A stretch of 64,000 nt of DNA from the human T2T-CHM13v2.0 reference genome, Homo sapiens: NCBI RefSeq assembly GCF_009914755.1, contig NC_060925.1. The stretch is one strand, 5' to 3'. The number at the start of each line of letters is the position of its first letter. The first letter of the stretch is position 1. The position numbers and the translations under genes are program-made. Shown here one piece after another: positions 12,030-24,512 of this stretch. Below the pieces are notes generated by a model, which worked only from the letters and a program-made list of their open reading frames with translations, did no database searches and had not been told where the DNA came from.

Positions 12030-12195
12030 CTATTATTGCACTTAAACTATTGTAATTATTTGCTTATATTTCTGTCTTTCCTACTAACAAATGATAGCCC
12101 TGAAGGAAGGGACTTTGCTTTGTTCATGCTTTTACCCTGTCACCCTATAGAGAGCTGAAATAGAACAGACCCATAATGAATGTTTGTGGAATTAA
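12030..12195 (+). mobile_element. L2 3' end
   Basis: ccctgaaggaagggac..aatgaatgtttgtggaatt tail. Confidence 0.65.
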
Positions 12196-13349
12196 CACAC
12201 GTTGGTAGAAAATGACATCTGCACGGGTACAAACACTCATCTGTGAGACAATGAGGCAAGTCAAGTTCATTATTGTTACTTTTCTTACAAAAAAACAAAG
12301 TAGCCATCTTAAGCTATCCCTTAACATGACACCACCCTTTCCAATCAGGGCTTCTCTTTTAACCCACACTGAGAATTGGCAACAATGTACAAAGTTCCCT
12401 GCTGAGTGCTGTAACTGCACATCCCTGCTAGGTCCTTGGGAAATTTACTGTGTGACTGGCAAACTGTTAGCACTGTGAAGACTCTCAAGAATATCATCCC
12501 TGGAGAAAAATGATGACTGTATTAAGTCCAGTTTACATGTTCTTAAACGGCTTGCAGACCGAAACGCTTTGGAGTTAGTGGAACATTTATTTAAAATGCT
12601 CTATCAGACCAAATCAAAGCTGAAAGCACAGCACCATTCATTTATCTAGACCATGGAGTTTAGCTAGAGCTAGTCCTCTCAGGTGGCTAGGGCCTGTCTC
12701 ATTCTTCTGCTATTCGTCAGAAAACCTTCTTGTAGGAAAGGCAAAGGGACACGGGGCTGGAATATTTAAACATAATTCTCTTAAGAGTGCTCTTTCATAA
12801 CCAAAGATGGTAATTGCTTTCCTCGGAGGCCCCTGTTCCTTCAGAAAAGCTTTGTTTCTTGCTGCTTTTAAAATTTCCAGCTAAAAGGAGTTTGTGGATT
12901 CAAGGGGAAAGCTACAAAGAAATGCATAGAGAAAGCTGAGAACCTGGGCAGTCTTACTGCTGTAAGACTAGAGGGCATGAATTTGAGAGCATCACACAGC
13001 CAGGGGTAGAGTCCTCAGTCTATGGGCTCATCCATTCACCAGGTATAGGATAGTGGAATCCACACAGGTCATTTCTTCCCAAAGACAAGATAGGACACTG
13101 TTCAATCCTGAACAGATTTATGCTTCTCTTGGAGCAAAAATGGCATTTAATAGGAATATGGAGGAGTAGTCAAAAATATGAGAGGGGAAAAGATGTCAGA
13201 ATCCAGGAAGAACCTATGAAAGCACTTAAAGTTGGTGAAACCACAGCAGCCCTTTATCCCTACAACCTTCTTTTAGACATCTCCCCACTCGTCCCCCATT
13301 CACCCTCACCAATTCCAGTGTGCTCTCAGGAGAGACAGATCCCAGCCAC

Positions 13350-13455
13350 CTTCCTTTCAGAGCAAACTTAAGCCAAATCCATTCCTCCCCAGGGGTCAGT
13401 TGCATTTGAAGCCTTCAATCTTATTGAGAATTACAACTGCCCTCTTCATAAAGGG
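13350..13455 (-). pseudogene. Calpain relic exon around the catalytic Asn (LIRLRNPWG..EW)
   Basis: KRAVVIL(fs)IRLKASNATDPWG(fs)EWI; DPWG at 13397-13386. Confidence 0.6.
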
Positions 13456-14069
13456 ATTTAAAGTGCCAGGGAGAAGCTGAGGGAGATACTGAGGTGCCAC
13501 CTTCCCCAGCCCAGGTAGGCAACGGCTCATTCTGCTACAGCTAATGCAAGGTTGTCTGCAAAGGACAAATTCATCCTTTCTCACATGTATCCTGACATGC
13601 CCTTTAGGACAAGCCCTTTCACTGTATTTTATAAAACTGCATTATTAGGTTCCAACTATTTAAAACAATATATACAAGTCAAATACTCTTTGAATCATCT
13701 GTGAGTATATTGTTGTAAGTTATTCACCAAACTCTATGAGAAAAACATTTCATTGATTGATTGCTGTGATAAGAATTTACAGAGGGCATTAACTATGTGC
13801 CAGGTACTGGGCTAGATGATGGAAATGAATACTTGCCATCACCTGGCAAATGCTCAGATTTTAGTGTTACTTCATTTCTGTGTAGACTAAAATGAATTTA
13901 ATATGGATTTAGTACTCTGAATTACCTGGTTCATTCTTAAACTGTCATCTTGCTGTATTTATTCATTCAAGCATTTAATAAGTTTCTGCCATGCGCCAGA
14001 CACATAGAAACTGATTGAATAGCCCACACAACCTAACTCCAGAATTCACTAAAAGTTTGCTTTGCTTAA

Positions 14070-14243
14070 GTCTGACTCAACCACTTACTAGCTATCATTT
14101 AAATCTCCTGACCGTCAGTTTCCCCACCTTTCAATCAGGTATAATAATAGCATCTATTTCATAAGTCTGTATTAAGTACTTAATGAGAAAATCCAAGTAG
14201 AATGCTTAGCACATAATAAGTGCTCAGTAAACATGAGCTATTT
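14070..14243 (+). mobile_element. MIR
   Basis: cacttactagct..tcagtttcc..taagtgctcagtaaac. Confidence 0.8.
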
Positions 14244-14362
14244 AGCTGGAGATAAGGAATAATGCCTGTAGTCATTTGGAAGAACCTTGGCAGTCAATTC
14301 ATAATATCAGCTCTAGAGAGTTGTTTTTCAGGAAAAGGTGACGTCATTAGAGGTCCAGGTAC

Positions 14363-14465
14363 CTAGAGAAACAGAAGCTGAGCTACACTGGCTGTTGCGC
14401 ACTCTTCCTCATCAGGTCTGATGGATCTCCAGGGAAACTAAGCAATAGCAGCGATGCCATTGCAC
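14363..14465 (-). pseudogene. Calpain relic exon (GGVTEWYEL..KALERGSLLGCSID equivalent)
   Basis: ttttcag acceptor, phase 1; GAMASLLLLSFPGDPSDLMRKSAQQPV*LSFCFS aligns with one gap; ends AG|GTACC. Confidence 0.5.
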
Positions 14466-14477
14466 CTGAAAACGATC

Positions 14478-14765
14478 ATTGCCATCTCTGCTACCACAGC
14501 CACCATCACCACCACTACCACCAACACCACTATTACTGCTTTTACTATCTGCAACCAATACCATCATTCCTACTACCACCAGCACCATCAATACCAATGC
14601 AGCCACTATCACCATCACCACGACTACCATTGGCATCACCACTGCTATGACCACCTCCACTTCTACTATCTGTAAGCACTAGCATTATCATTGCTGCTGC
14701 CACCACCTACACCACCCCACCATTACAATAATTACAATTACAACATTACAGTGATTACTGCCATG
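14478..14765 (+). repeat. Degenerate (ACC/ACT)n trinucleotide tract
   Basis: Direct reading; explains the poly-T/H/P ORFs. Confidence 0.9.
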
Positions 14766-14770
14766 CATCT

Positions 14771-14957
14771 CAGTGTTTCTCAAACAATGGCCCATCTCCA
14801 TCTGACTCAGGATTTCCTGGGGCCCTTATTAAAATGATAGCATCCTGTGCCTCACCCCAAACTTATTGAATCCAAAATCTGTGGATGTTTTCCAGAAGTC
14901 TGCATTTAAGCAAGCTCTCAGGTGATTTGTAGGGAGCTAAAACAGGAAATCACAGAT
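14771..14957. mobile_element. MER5A/B (hAT-Charlie MITE)
   Basis: cagtgttttctcaaac..tctgcatttaagcaagctctcaggtgatt. Confidence 0.75.
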
Positions 14958-14974
14958 TTGAGGGCATGTGTTTC

Positions 14975-15030
14975 TAGTGAAACCAAGCGCCTCATCCACA
15001 AACTGGTATTCTTTAAGATTCCATGGAAGC
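14975..15030 (-). pseudogene. Calpain relic exon (LHGSY..EALVDFT equivalent)
   Basis: ag|G CTT cCAT GGA aTCT TAA ... GAG GCG CTT GGT TTC ACT = L-H-G-S-* ... EALGFT with frameshifts. Confidence 0.55.
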
Positions 15031-15284
15031 CTCTACTGGGCATTTACTCGACTAGAATGTCAAAGAGCATGTGCATCAACACAGAAAACCAGAGTAAGAC
15101 TAAAAGTATGAATACAGTCAAAATTGTGTTGAGACCAGGTGCTTATGTATTCTAGGAAGCTCAGGCTGAACTTCCTCTCTCTGGTCCTGAGATCTCTCAC
15201 TCAAAAAATGAGGACATGCCCCAACCCACATGTTTGCCAGTGGCAGAGCTGGCGCTAGAAACCACATCTTCTGACTCTCAGTCC

Positions 15285-15438
15285 AGTTTAGTTGGTTTTC
15301 CAAGAAGGTGGCCCAGGAGAAGGAGGCAAAGAAAGCAATAGCAAAAGCAGATGGATTTGGGGCCAGCTGTGAGTCAGTCCAAGGCAAGATTGAGTGTATA
15401 ACATTAAGGGAAATCATGATGCACAGTGAGGGACCAGT
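15285..15438 (-). pseudogene. Calpain relic exon (VVDDLLP..EFWSALLEK equivalent)
   Basis: VIHSILPWTDSQL...SWATFLEN (part of ORF 15118..15444); acceptor tttttctgttgaag; 3' end abuts a MIR. Confidence 0.65.
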
Positions 15439-15454
15439 CTTCAACAGAAAAATA

Positions 15455-16631
<1,177 letters not shown>

Positions 16632-16789
16632 AGAAAAATATGAGAGAGGATAAAGTGGTGCTTGGACACTGATTTCTCTCTTCCAGTTTTGCTTTTCCTT
16701 TTCATGTGCCCACCTCTCTCATGTCTTCTATCTAGTGCCCAGCAGCTAGTTGTACCAGGGTCTACCCTCCCGTCCACATCTACTGGTAT

Positions 16790-17565
16790 ATTTTCCTACG
16801 TGATCTCCCCTATGCTACCTCTCAAACTTCCTCTGCTGCTATGACTCCCTGGACCTCTCCACTCCAGCCACACTGGACTCCTTAACATATTCCTGAATCA
16901 CATCCAGAGCCCCTCCTCCTCACAGCCTTGACACTCCCTGACCCTGCTGCTTAGATGCTTGACTCTCTCCCTCACTTCCTTTCAGTCTGTCCAAATGCTA
17001 CTTTCTTAAAGAGCTCTTTCCTGAAAACCCAGTGTAGAAGTACTCATGCCCCAGCCTCATCTCTCTCCCTATTCCTTTACCCAGCTGTATGTTTCACTAT
17101 CAATCTAAATATGTATTTGGCTGGGTGTGGTGGCTCACGCCTGTAATCCCAGCACTTTGGGAGGCTGAGGCGGGAGGATCACTTTAGCCCAGGAGTTTGA
17201 GACCAGCCTGGGCAGCAGAGACAGACCCTATCTCTACAAAAAGATTAAGAAATTAACCAGGTATGGTGATCCATGCCTGTAGTTCTAGTTAATTGGGAGT
17301 CCGAGGTGGGAGGATTGCTTGAGCCCAGGAGTTGGAGGCTGCAGTAAGTTACAACTGCTCCACCCACTGCACTCCAGCCTGGGCAACGGAGCAAGACCCT
17401 GACTCCAAAAATAAATAAATAAATATTAAGTATGTGTTCATCTGTTCTTCTCTCTCTTTTCATCAAATTTGTAAATTTTTGAGAGCAGGAATTTAATGTC
17501 TGCTTCACTCAAACAGTGCCTGCCCCATAGTAGGCACTCAATAAGTATTCTCTAAATAAGTGAAT
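16790..17565 (+). mobile_element. L2 3' end interrupted by an AluJ
   Basis: actccagccacactggac..tagtaggcactcaataagta. Confidence 0.75.
17119..17426 (+). mobile_element. AluJ
   Basis: ggaggatcac..gagcccaggag J diagnostics; TSD taa(a/g)tatgt(a/g)tt. Confidence 0.95.
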
Positions 17566-18326
17566 CGCCCATTCTGTGGGAAGTCTAAGCTCTGCCAACA
17601 CATGTAATGGTTAATGGCTTACCCTTTTCCAGGCAATACATTTGCATTAGACGAGGACTTTCAGGAGAAAATATCCTAGCACAAAGAAATGATCCCAGTG
17701 GTGGATAGGTGGCATTCTTGTCAGTCCACCGAAGTCAACATTTTGACTCAATTATAAGGTGGCTTAGTCACCCTATAATTACCCTACCATCACTATGCAT
17801 CACTGCAAACTCAGCACCTTGTCCAAAGCCTGGCACATGGCAGTTGTTCAATAAGAGTCTGTTGAACTGGAGTGTGTGGGAGGCTCTGTTTTGCCCACAT
17901 GCAACGCCTGCTCTGTGTAATAATTCAATCATCAAGTCCATGAGGATTTCTAATTGATGGCTGCTACCCTTATCGCTTACAAAACTGTAACTTCACAGCC
18001 AGCCTAACAGTCAGGTGCAAATTCGGTCTTCCTTCTCTTTTGCTGAAGATTTTGTGGTCTGTTACTGTGGTTTTTATTACAGGTGACTTGCAGACAACAA
18101 CTAGGTCTCACAAAAAGCCTAGACGTTTTTTAGAGAGCAAGTAATTGCCTAAGTTAATGGGCAATTAAGAAGTTTGAGATCAAATTGTATGTTTTGCACC
18201 AGGCTTCCCTAGTAAGCTATTTCCCTAAGAGGAAAAGAAAGCAGTTATGCTAAGCAATCATACCTTAACCCACCTTATAGCTCAAGGATTCAGTTTTTAA
18301 TCAGTGCTAAATTTATCAGATCTCGC

Positions 18327-18434
18327 CTGGATTTGCAATAGAACAGCTGCCAAGCAAACTGTAAAGGAATAGAATGCACCAACGTTCAGATGAAATCAGC
18401 AAGGAAATCCTTCCTCATCAAAACCAGCAGTCAC
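18327..18434 (-). pseudogene. Calpain relic exon with catalytic Cys motif GDCWF
   Basis: G|GT GAC TGC TGG TTT at 18435-18421 followed by two stops; phase-1 boundary with decayed acceptor; ends CAG|GCGAGA. Confidence 0.75.
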
Positions 18435-18697
18435 CGTCAAAACGAGCACACACTGAGTGACTGCTGCTGACAAATGGAATGCCCGACATCCACAGCTTCT
18501 GCAAAACACCCTGAGCACATGTCTGTGGGTAACTTTTCTCCCATAGCGAAGAATTTCTATTCTCTAGACAAAGACGCCAGATATGGGGAATTCATTTTTT
18601 AATGAATCTTAAGACGTATTAATGGTTAATGTAACCATTGCCTGTCAGTTTGACCCACTGAAAGGCTTTTAAAGACTGTGTTCACTTTACCATTTAC

Positions 18698-18759
18698 CTA
18701 GTATTATTGAATAAGTTTTGATTTAACGGTATCTTCCTTTATTTGACCCAAGGTTGTTT

Positions 18760-18767
<8 letters not shown>
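18698..18767 (-). pseudogene. Calpain relic exon preceding the catalytic Cys (~70 nt)
   Basis: VKQPWV(fs)IKEDTVKSKLIQ*(fs)LG ~ VKNPEFI..GATRTDICQGELG; ends CTA G|GTAAAT, a phase-1 donor as in calpains. Confidence 0.5.
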
Positions 18768-19395
<628 letters not shown>

Positions 19396-19654
19396 ATGAT
19401 GGTTAAGAATGATGGCTTCAGAGTCAAACTAATTAGAGTTAAATTCAGGCTCTACCACCTAAGGAAGATATTTAAACCTTTTCAGCCTTTGTGTACTCTT
19501 CTGCAGAAGGGGGATGATAATGCTGATACTAATACTGAAACTAATAATAACAATAATAAATCTTATAATAATATGAGTGTCAAAATGATGATGCATATGA
19601 AAACTTAACAACATTCTGTTATGCAGAGAATTCCCTTGGTAGAGGTGGCTGCTA

Positions 19655-19860
19655 CTAATTGTTTTTCTGATCCACAGAATATCCCAAAATCTCTCAGGAC
19701 CTGTGAGAATGTTCCTGGAGGTCATGGAGGTTGGAGATCCAGGCTGTACTCACAAACCCCTTCGACCAGAATAGCATCTCTGCTTTGCTAAAATTTTAAT
19801 TTCATTATTTATTTACTGACAAAAAGTGTGCTATACTTTTTAAAAGTTTGAGATCCATTG
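19655..19860. mobile_element. hAT-Charlie MITE (MER102/MER103-like)
   Basis: ccccttcgaccagaatagc..aaagtttgagatccattg terminus. Confidence 0.45.
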
Positions 19861-20284
19861 TGATCAGCAATTAGAAGAGAAAAAGTCATTTAAGCAAATA
19901 TTTAACTTCCACTTGTCTAGGACTGATCTCTTGTGCTTTACACTATGTTTCTGCATCTGACTCACAGGTATCGTTGTCTACTACAGCCTGGAGGACAGGA
20001 AAGGACTTGAAAAGTTGACTGCATGAAGAAAGAGGAGAAGCAAGGGAATTGAGTTACATTACTTGCCAACTAACTACAATACTTGGAACATAGCAGGTAC
20101 CCAGGAAACATTAGTTCCTACCTTTTTCTTTGTGGATGCAGAAGACAGACAACAAAGCCACATCCAAAAGAGCAGCAAACTTATTCCAAGTCCCAGTGCT
20201 GATGATGTGAGGATTGCCTGTCATTTGGATCATGAATATCATAGCTCCCATGCAGAGTAGGAGCTTAAAAAAGATGGTGATATT

Positions 20285-20695
<411 letters not shown>

Positions 20696-21234
20696 TTAGC
20701 GCCAGAGCCAGCTCAGCCACTGTCCCAGGAAGAGCCCACCTGTTAGCATTGTTGACCAGCATCAGACAGTTCATTCACCTAAAAGACAACACCTGGGATT
20801 CCCTCCTAAATAAGTGCTGCATCAAAAGAACAAATCCTGAGTATAAACATACTTGCTGTAAAAAGCCCCTCTCTTGGAATCACCAGCCACGGCCATCTGT
20901 GTGTAAATTTTATAATGACCTGAGTGGCAAAGGAATGATGCACATGAAAAGTTCACAACATTCTGTTGTGCAGAGGATTCTCTTGGTAGCGGTGGGAATG
21001 TGTGGCTGTGCTCCGCTACCTTGGAAAGGATGTCTGTCTGCCGGCTTCCAGGGCTGAACTCTCCCCCTGCTGGCCTGCCATACTTTGAGATTCTAGTGAA
21101 AGACCTCCCTTGGCCAACAAAAGATGGGGAGGGAGGGATTGGTACAGGGCTGGCACACTAAGACAGGAAGCAGGACTCAGAATGACCTGGGGAACCGTGA
21201 CCCTGGGCTTTAGGAAATGGGTCCTGTAACCGAC

Positions 21235-21397
21235 AAATAATGGGATTCAGGAAATAACTGAAGAGTTTTTCCCACCTTGGGGCCTAACTCAGAATTGGCT
21301 TGACGAGAGAGAGGCACTAAGAGTCTACAAATGAGGGTACCGCGGAGAGGAAAGGGATGGGAGAGAGGGTCATATGGAGAGAAGCCACCAGGTTCCT
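21235..21397 (-). pseudogene. Calpain relic exon: N-terminal CysPc
   Basis: YDPLSHPFPLRGTL(fs)FVDS(fs)VPLSRQANSELGPKVGKT aligns with CAPN2-type [39 protein letters not shown]. Confidence 0.7.
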
Positions 21398-21869
21398 CTA
21401 GGACAAGGTATGGTCAGAAGTGACAAGGCAGAACCTGAGTCCTGACACTCAAATCATGGCTTTGTCTTCGTCGAGGCAAACGTGAATCTCTGAGCCCCCA
21501 ATCTAGCTTGATTCGAACTTTGACTTCACCCTCAGCGCTCACTTTAAACACTGCTCAGCCCATCTGTTTCCACTGACCCCCCTCAATCAACACCAACATG
21601 ATCTTCACACTTAGTCCTGAAGCCTCTGGAAATAGTGCTTGCCTGGGCTGGGCTCACTGGCAAAGCTCCCGGTCCTGTGACCCCTGCTGGCAGCCTGCCT
21701 GCCTTCCCCTGGACTTCATCCTGCCTCCCTCACCCTGCCCACCTCAACATGAATTTATTTACTCAGGTCAGTGGCTCATACATTGTGTTAGTGCTTCCGC
21801 CATTGTTGTACTAGAGATACAAGCCATGAATATGCCTCTGTCCCGACGTTCCAGAAATTTTAGCCTAAT

Positions 21870-22112
21870 GAAATGTTTTTAAAAGCCTTTTAGAATCCCA
21901 ATTCACAATAATAAATAATTCTGCACTATGACTCCATGCACACACACAAATTTATATGTATTTATGTGTGTAAAAATAAAACAATGATTTCCCAAAACAA
22001 TCAAGAAGCCATAAAATGAATTGATATCTTCCACTCTATTTTACGCATTTTTTTAATGCTAATCACAACCCTCTAAGTTGATGTCGTGATTTGCGGTCTA
22101 ATAATCCCTGGG
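21870..22112. mobile_element. Charlie4-like hAT fragment inside a minus-strand L2 (~21735-22220)
   Basis: aatgctaatcacaaccctctaagttgat resembles the Charlie4 end. Confidence 0.4.
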
Positions 22113-22482
22113 TTAGTGGAGGAGACAGAAAAGAAAACAGGTTACTACAATGTAATCTGGAGGAGTTATTAAAAGGTCACAGCCAGTGTACCACGAGAGC
22201 ACAAAGGAAAAACCACCGGACCTGGCGGAAGGTAGATGATAGTAATGGGCTTACAGCCGTCTCACTGCAGAGCCTGTGCTCTGAACCACTGTGCTCCACC
22301 ACCTCCCAGGGCCCCAGGAAAGTGACAGCAGGTGTGGTTTCTACACTGCTATGGGAGGACAGGTGTTGGAGCATTAAAGAGAAGGACGGAAAGAGTAGTA
22401 AGAAGTGTCCCAGGCTCGGGGGCCAGCATGTGGACCACCAAGAGACCAGAAAGTGGATCCTTGCTGGGAAACAGACAGGTGG

Positions 22483-22810
22483 TGATACGGTTTGGCTATG
22501 TCCCCAACCAAATCTCATCTCGAATTGTAGCTCCCATAATTCCTACACATTGTGGGAGGGACCTAGTGGGAGATAATTGAATCATGGGGGCAGTTTACTC
22601 AATATTGTTCTCGTGGTAGTGAAGAAGTCTCAGGAGATCTGATGGTTTTATAAGGGGTTTTCCTTCTCATTTGGCTCTCATTCTCTTGTCTGCCACCATG
22701 TAAGATGTGCCTTCTGCCTTCTGCCTTCTGCCAGGACTGTGAGGCCTCCTCGGCCACGTGGAACTATAAGTCCATTAAACCTCTTTTTCTTTATAAATTA
22801 CCCAGTCTCA
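22483..22810 (+). mobile_element. THE1 (MaLR) LTR, 3'-truncated
   Basis: TGATACGGTTTGGCT..ccaaatctcatc..attaaacctctttttctttataaattacccagtctca. Confidence 0.93.
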
Positions 22811-23127
22811 GGCCAGTCACGGTGGCTCATGCCTGTAATCCCAGCACTTTGGGAGGCCAAGGTGGGTGGATCACCCGAGGTCAGGAATTCGAGACCAGCC
22901 TGGCCAACATGGTGAAACCCCATCTCTATTAAAAATACACAAATTAGCCAAGCGTGGTGGCACACACCTGTAATCCCAGCTACTCAGGAGGCTGAGGCAG
23001 AAGAATCACTTGAACCCAGGAGGCAGAGGTTGCAGTGAGCCGAGATTGCACCACTGAACTTCAGCCTGGGTGACAGAGTGAGACTCTGTCTAGAAAGAAA
23101 AAAAAAAAAAAGAAAAAAAAAGAAAAA
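22811..23127 (+). mobile_element. AluSx-like without TSD
   Basis: Full dimer joined directly to the THE1 LTR. Confidence 0.95.
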
Positions 23128-23350
23128 GATGAGAAGCAACAAATATTTGTCAGATTTTTCTTCTCCAGTCTTCAACCTTCTACTCTACTTTCAGGCTTCT
23201 GGAATTGAATGGGTTTCAGACTAGATGTCCTCTTACAGTCCACCTGAGAAAGCGGAGGGCAGATGGAAACTGCAAGGTCACCCGGCTGGACAAGGGCAAG
23301 GAGGCCTCAACTAGCGGCACTTTCAGTATCTACACGTGTCCCTCTTCCTT

Positions 23351-23548
23351 TGTGCTGTTTTATACGGTAGTCACTAGATCCTTGTGGCCATTTAGATTTA
23401 AACTTCAGTTAACATAAATTAAATTTTTTAGAACTTCAATTCTTCAGTCAGACTAGCCACATCTCAAGAGCTCAGTAGCCACATTTGGCTAGTGGTTACC
23501 GTAGGGGACGTTTCGCTCCTCCCAGAACATTCTACCAGAGAGTGTTGC
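23351..23548. mobile_element. MER3 (hAT-Charlie)
   Basis: actagccacatctcaagagctcagtagccacatttggctagtggttacc. Confidence 0.8.
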
Positions 23549-23749
23549 TTTGGATGGCCTCAAGCAGTCAGATGTTAAACCACACATCCCATCTCTCTAC
23601 TTGTATATTCGGAGACAAATCAGCAAGTACAGAACCGTCCTTAGACAGCAGCCTGCCCTCTGCTTTACTCCAAATTGTTTTTAGTGATTTCGGGAAATCT
23701 TTTGTTTGAATCCAGGCCAGAAGGAGGGCTCTACCAAGGCTTGCTCATT

Positions 23750-23894
23750 TTTTCTTTTTCTCTCTCTTTTCTTGTCTCTCTCTCTGACACATGCACACAC
23801 ACACACACACACACAGTCAGACACATACACTCACAAACACAAGACTCTTTTCTTTTTACTTGAAAATTTACTCCAGAAAATATACATGCACATA

Positions 23895-23930
<36 letters not shown>
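23750..23930 (+). repeat. Compound (TC)n/(CA)n microsatellites
   Basis: Direct reading. Confidence 0.9.
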
Positions 23931-23931
<1 letters not shown>

Positions 23932-24379
23932 AGTTATAACCCTGGTGATACCTGTGATACCTGGTAGAATCTGAACCTCTCTTTCCTTCCCCAACAATTA
24001 GTAAAAATAGAATCACAAAAATTCAGGGCAACTTTGATCAAACTGGATCTTCAGAGAATTACTAATAGGAACACTTATCATCAGGCAGATACATTGCACA
24101 GGAGAATTATCACACCAGGAGCCGAATGGAGCAGAATGCTGCTTCTAATGATGCCTTACGTGGCTCTAGTTATAAGCATTGCCCTAAAGTTTGCTCAGAG
24201 AACAGCCTGACTTCAGCCAGCGGGGAAGGCCCATGAGCATCTGAAAGGCCTTCCTAAAACAGGCTGCATCCCACAAACTCATGGGACCCCCAGCACGGGC
24301 CCTGCCCCTGCCCCCTGCCCCGGCCTTGGCCCCTCATCCACACCTAGAGATGCTGACCTGGGGGGTTTGTTCACTGGAC

Positions 24380-24512
24380 TCCACTTATTGTCCTCATTTT
24401 ACAACAAGGAAGTTATAGAAGAGGAATCGGTTGTTAAAAGTTGCATGTTAGGTGACGGCAAGGCAGGCCCAGAACCTGAGTCCCCAGATACCTAGCATAG
24501 GGCTTTTCCCAG
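24380..24512 (-). mobile_element. MIR
   Basis: ctcattttacaacaaggaa..agaacctgagtc. Confidence 0.6.

Noticed and set aside
13500-13565. Possible catalytic-His exon (S-R/H-AY..GLGK|V)
   Set aside because: It needs several indels and leaves an implausibly short intron; the His motif could not be located with confidence.
14339-14346. Full CRE palindrome TGACGTCA
   Set aside because: A single 8-mer with no CpG island or promoter context.
14412-14682. Thr/His/Pro/Val-rich ORFs, and the HT/CV ORFs at 48945-49448
   Set aside because: Translations of simple repeats.
18083-18140. Plus-strand 58-nt exon candidate (ttttattacag..CAA|GTAATT)
   Set aside because: Weak donor, not frame-preserving, no recognisable peptide.
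19650-19800. Minus-strand RDAILVEG..DILWIRKT resembling the first calpain exon
   Set aside because: The region looks like a hAT MITE; the 21.2-21.4 kb segment matches far better.
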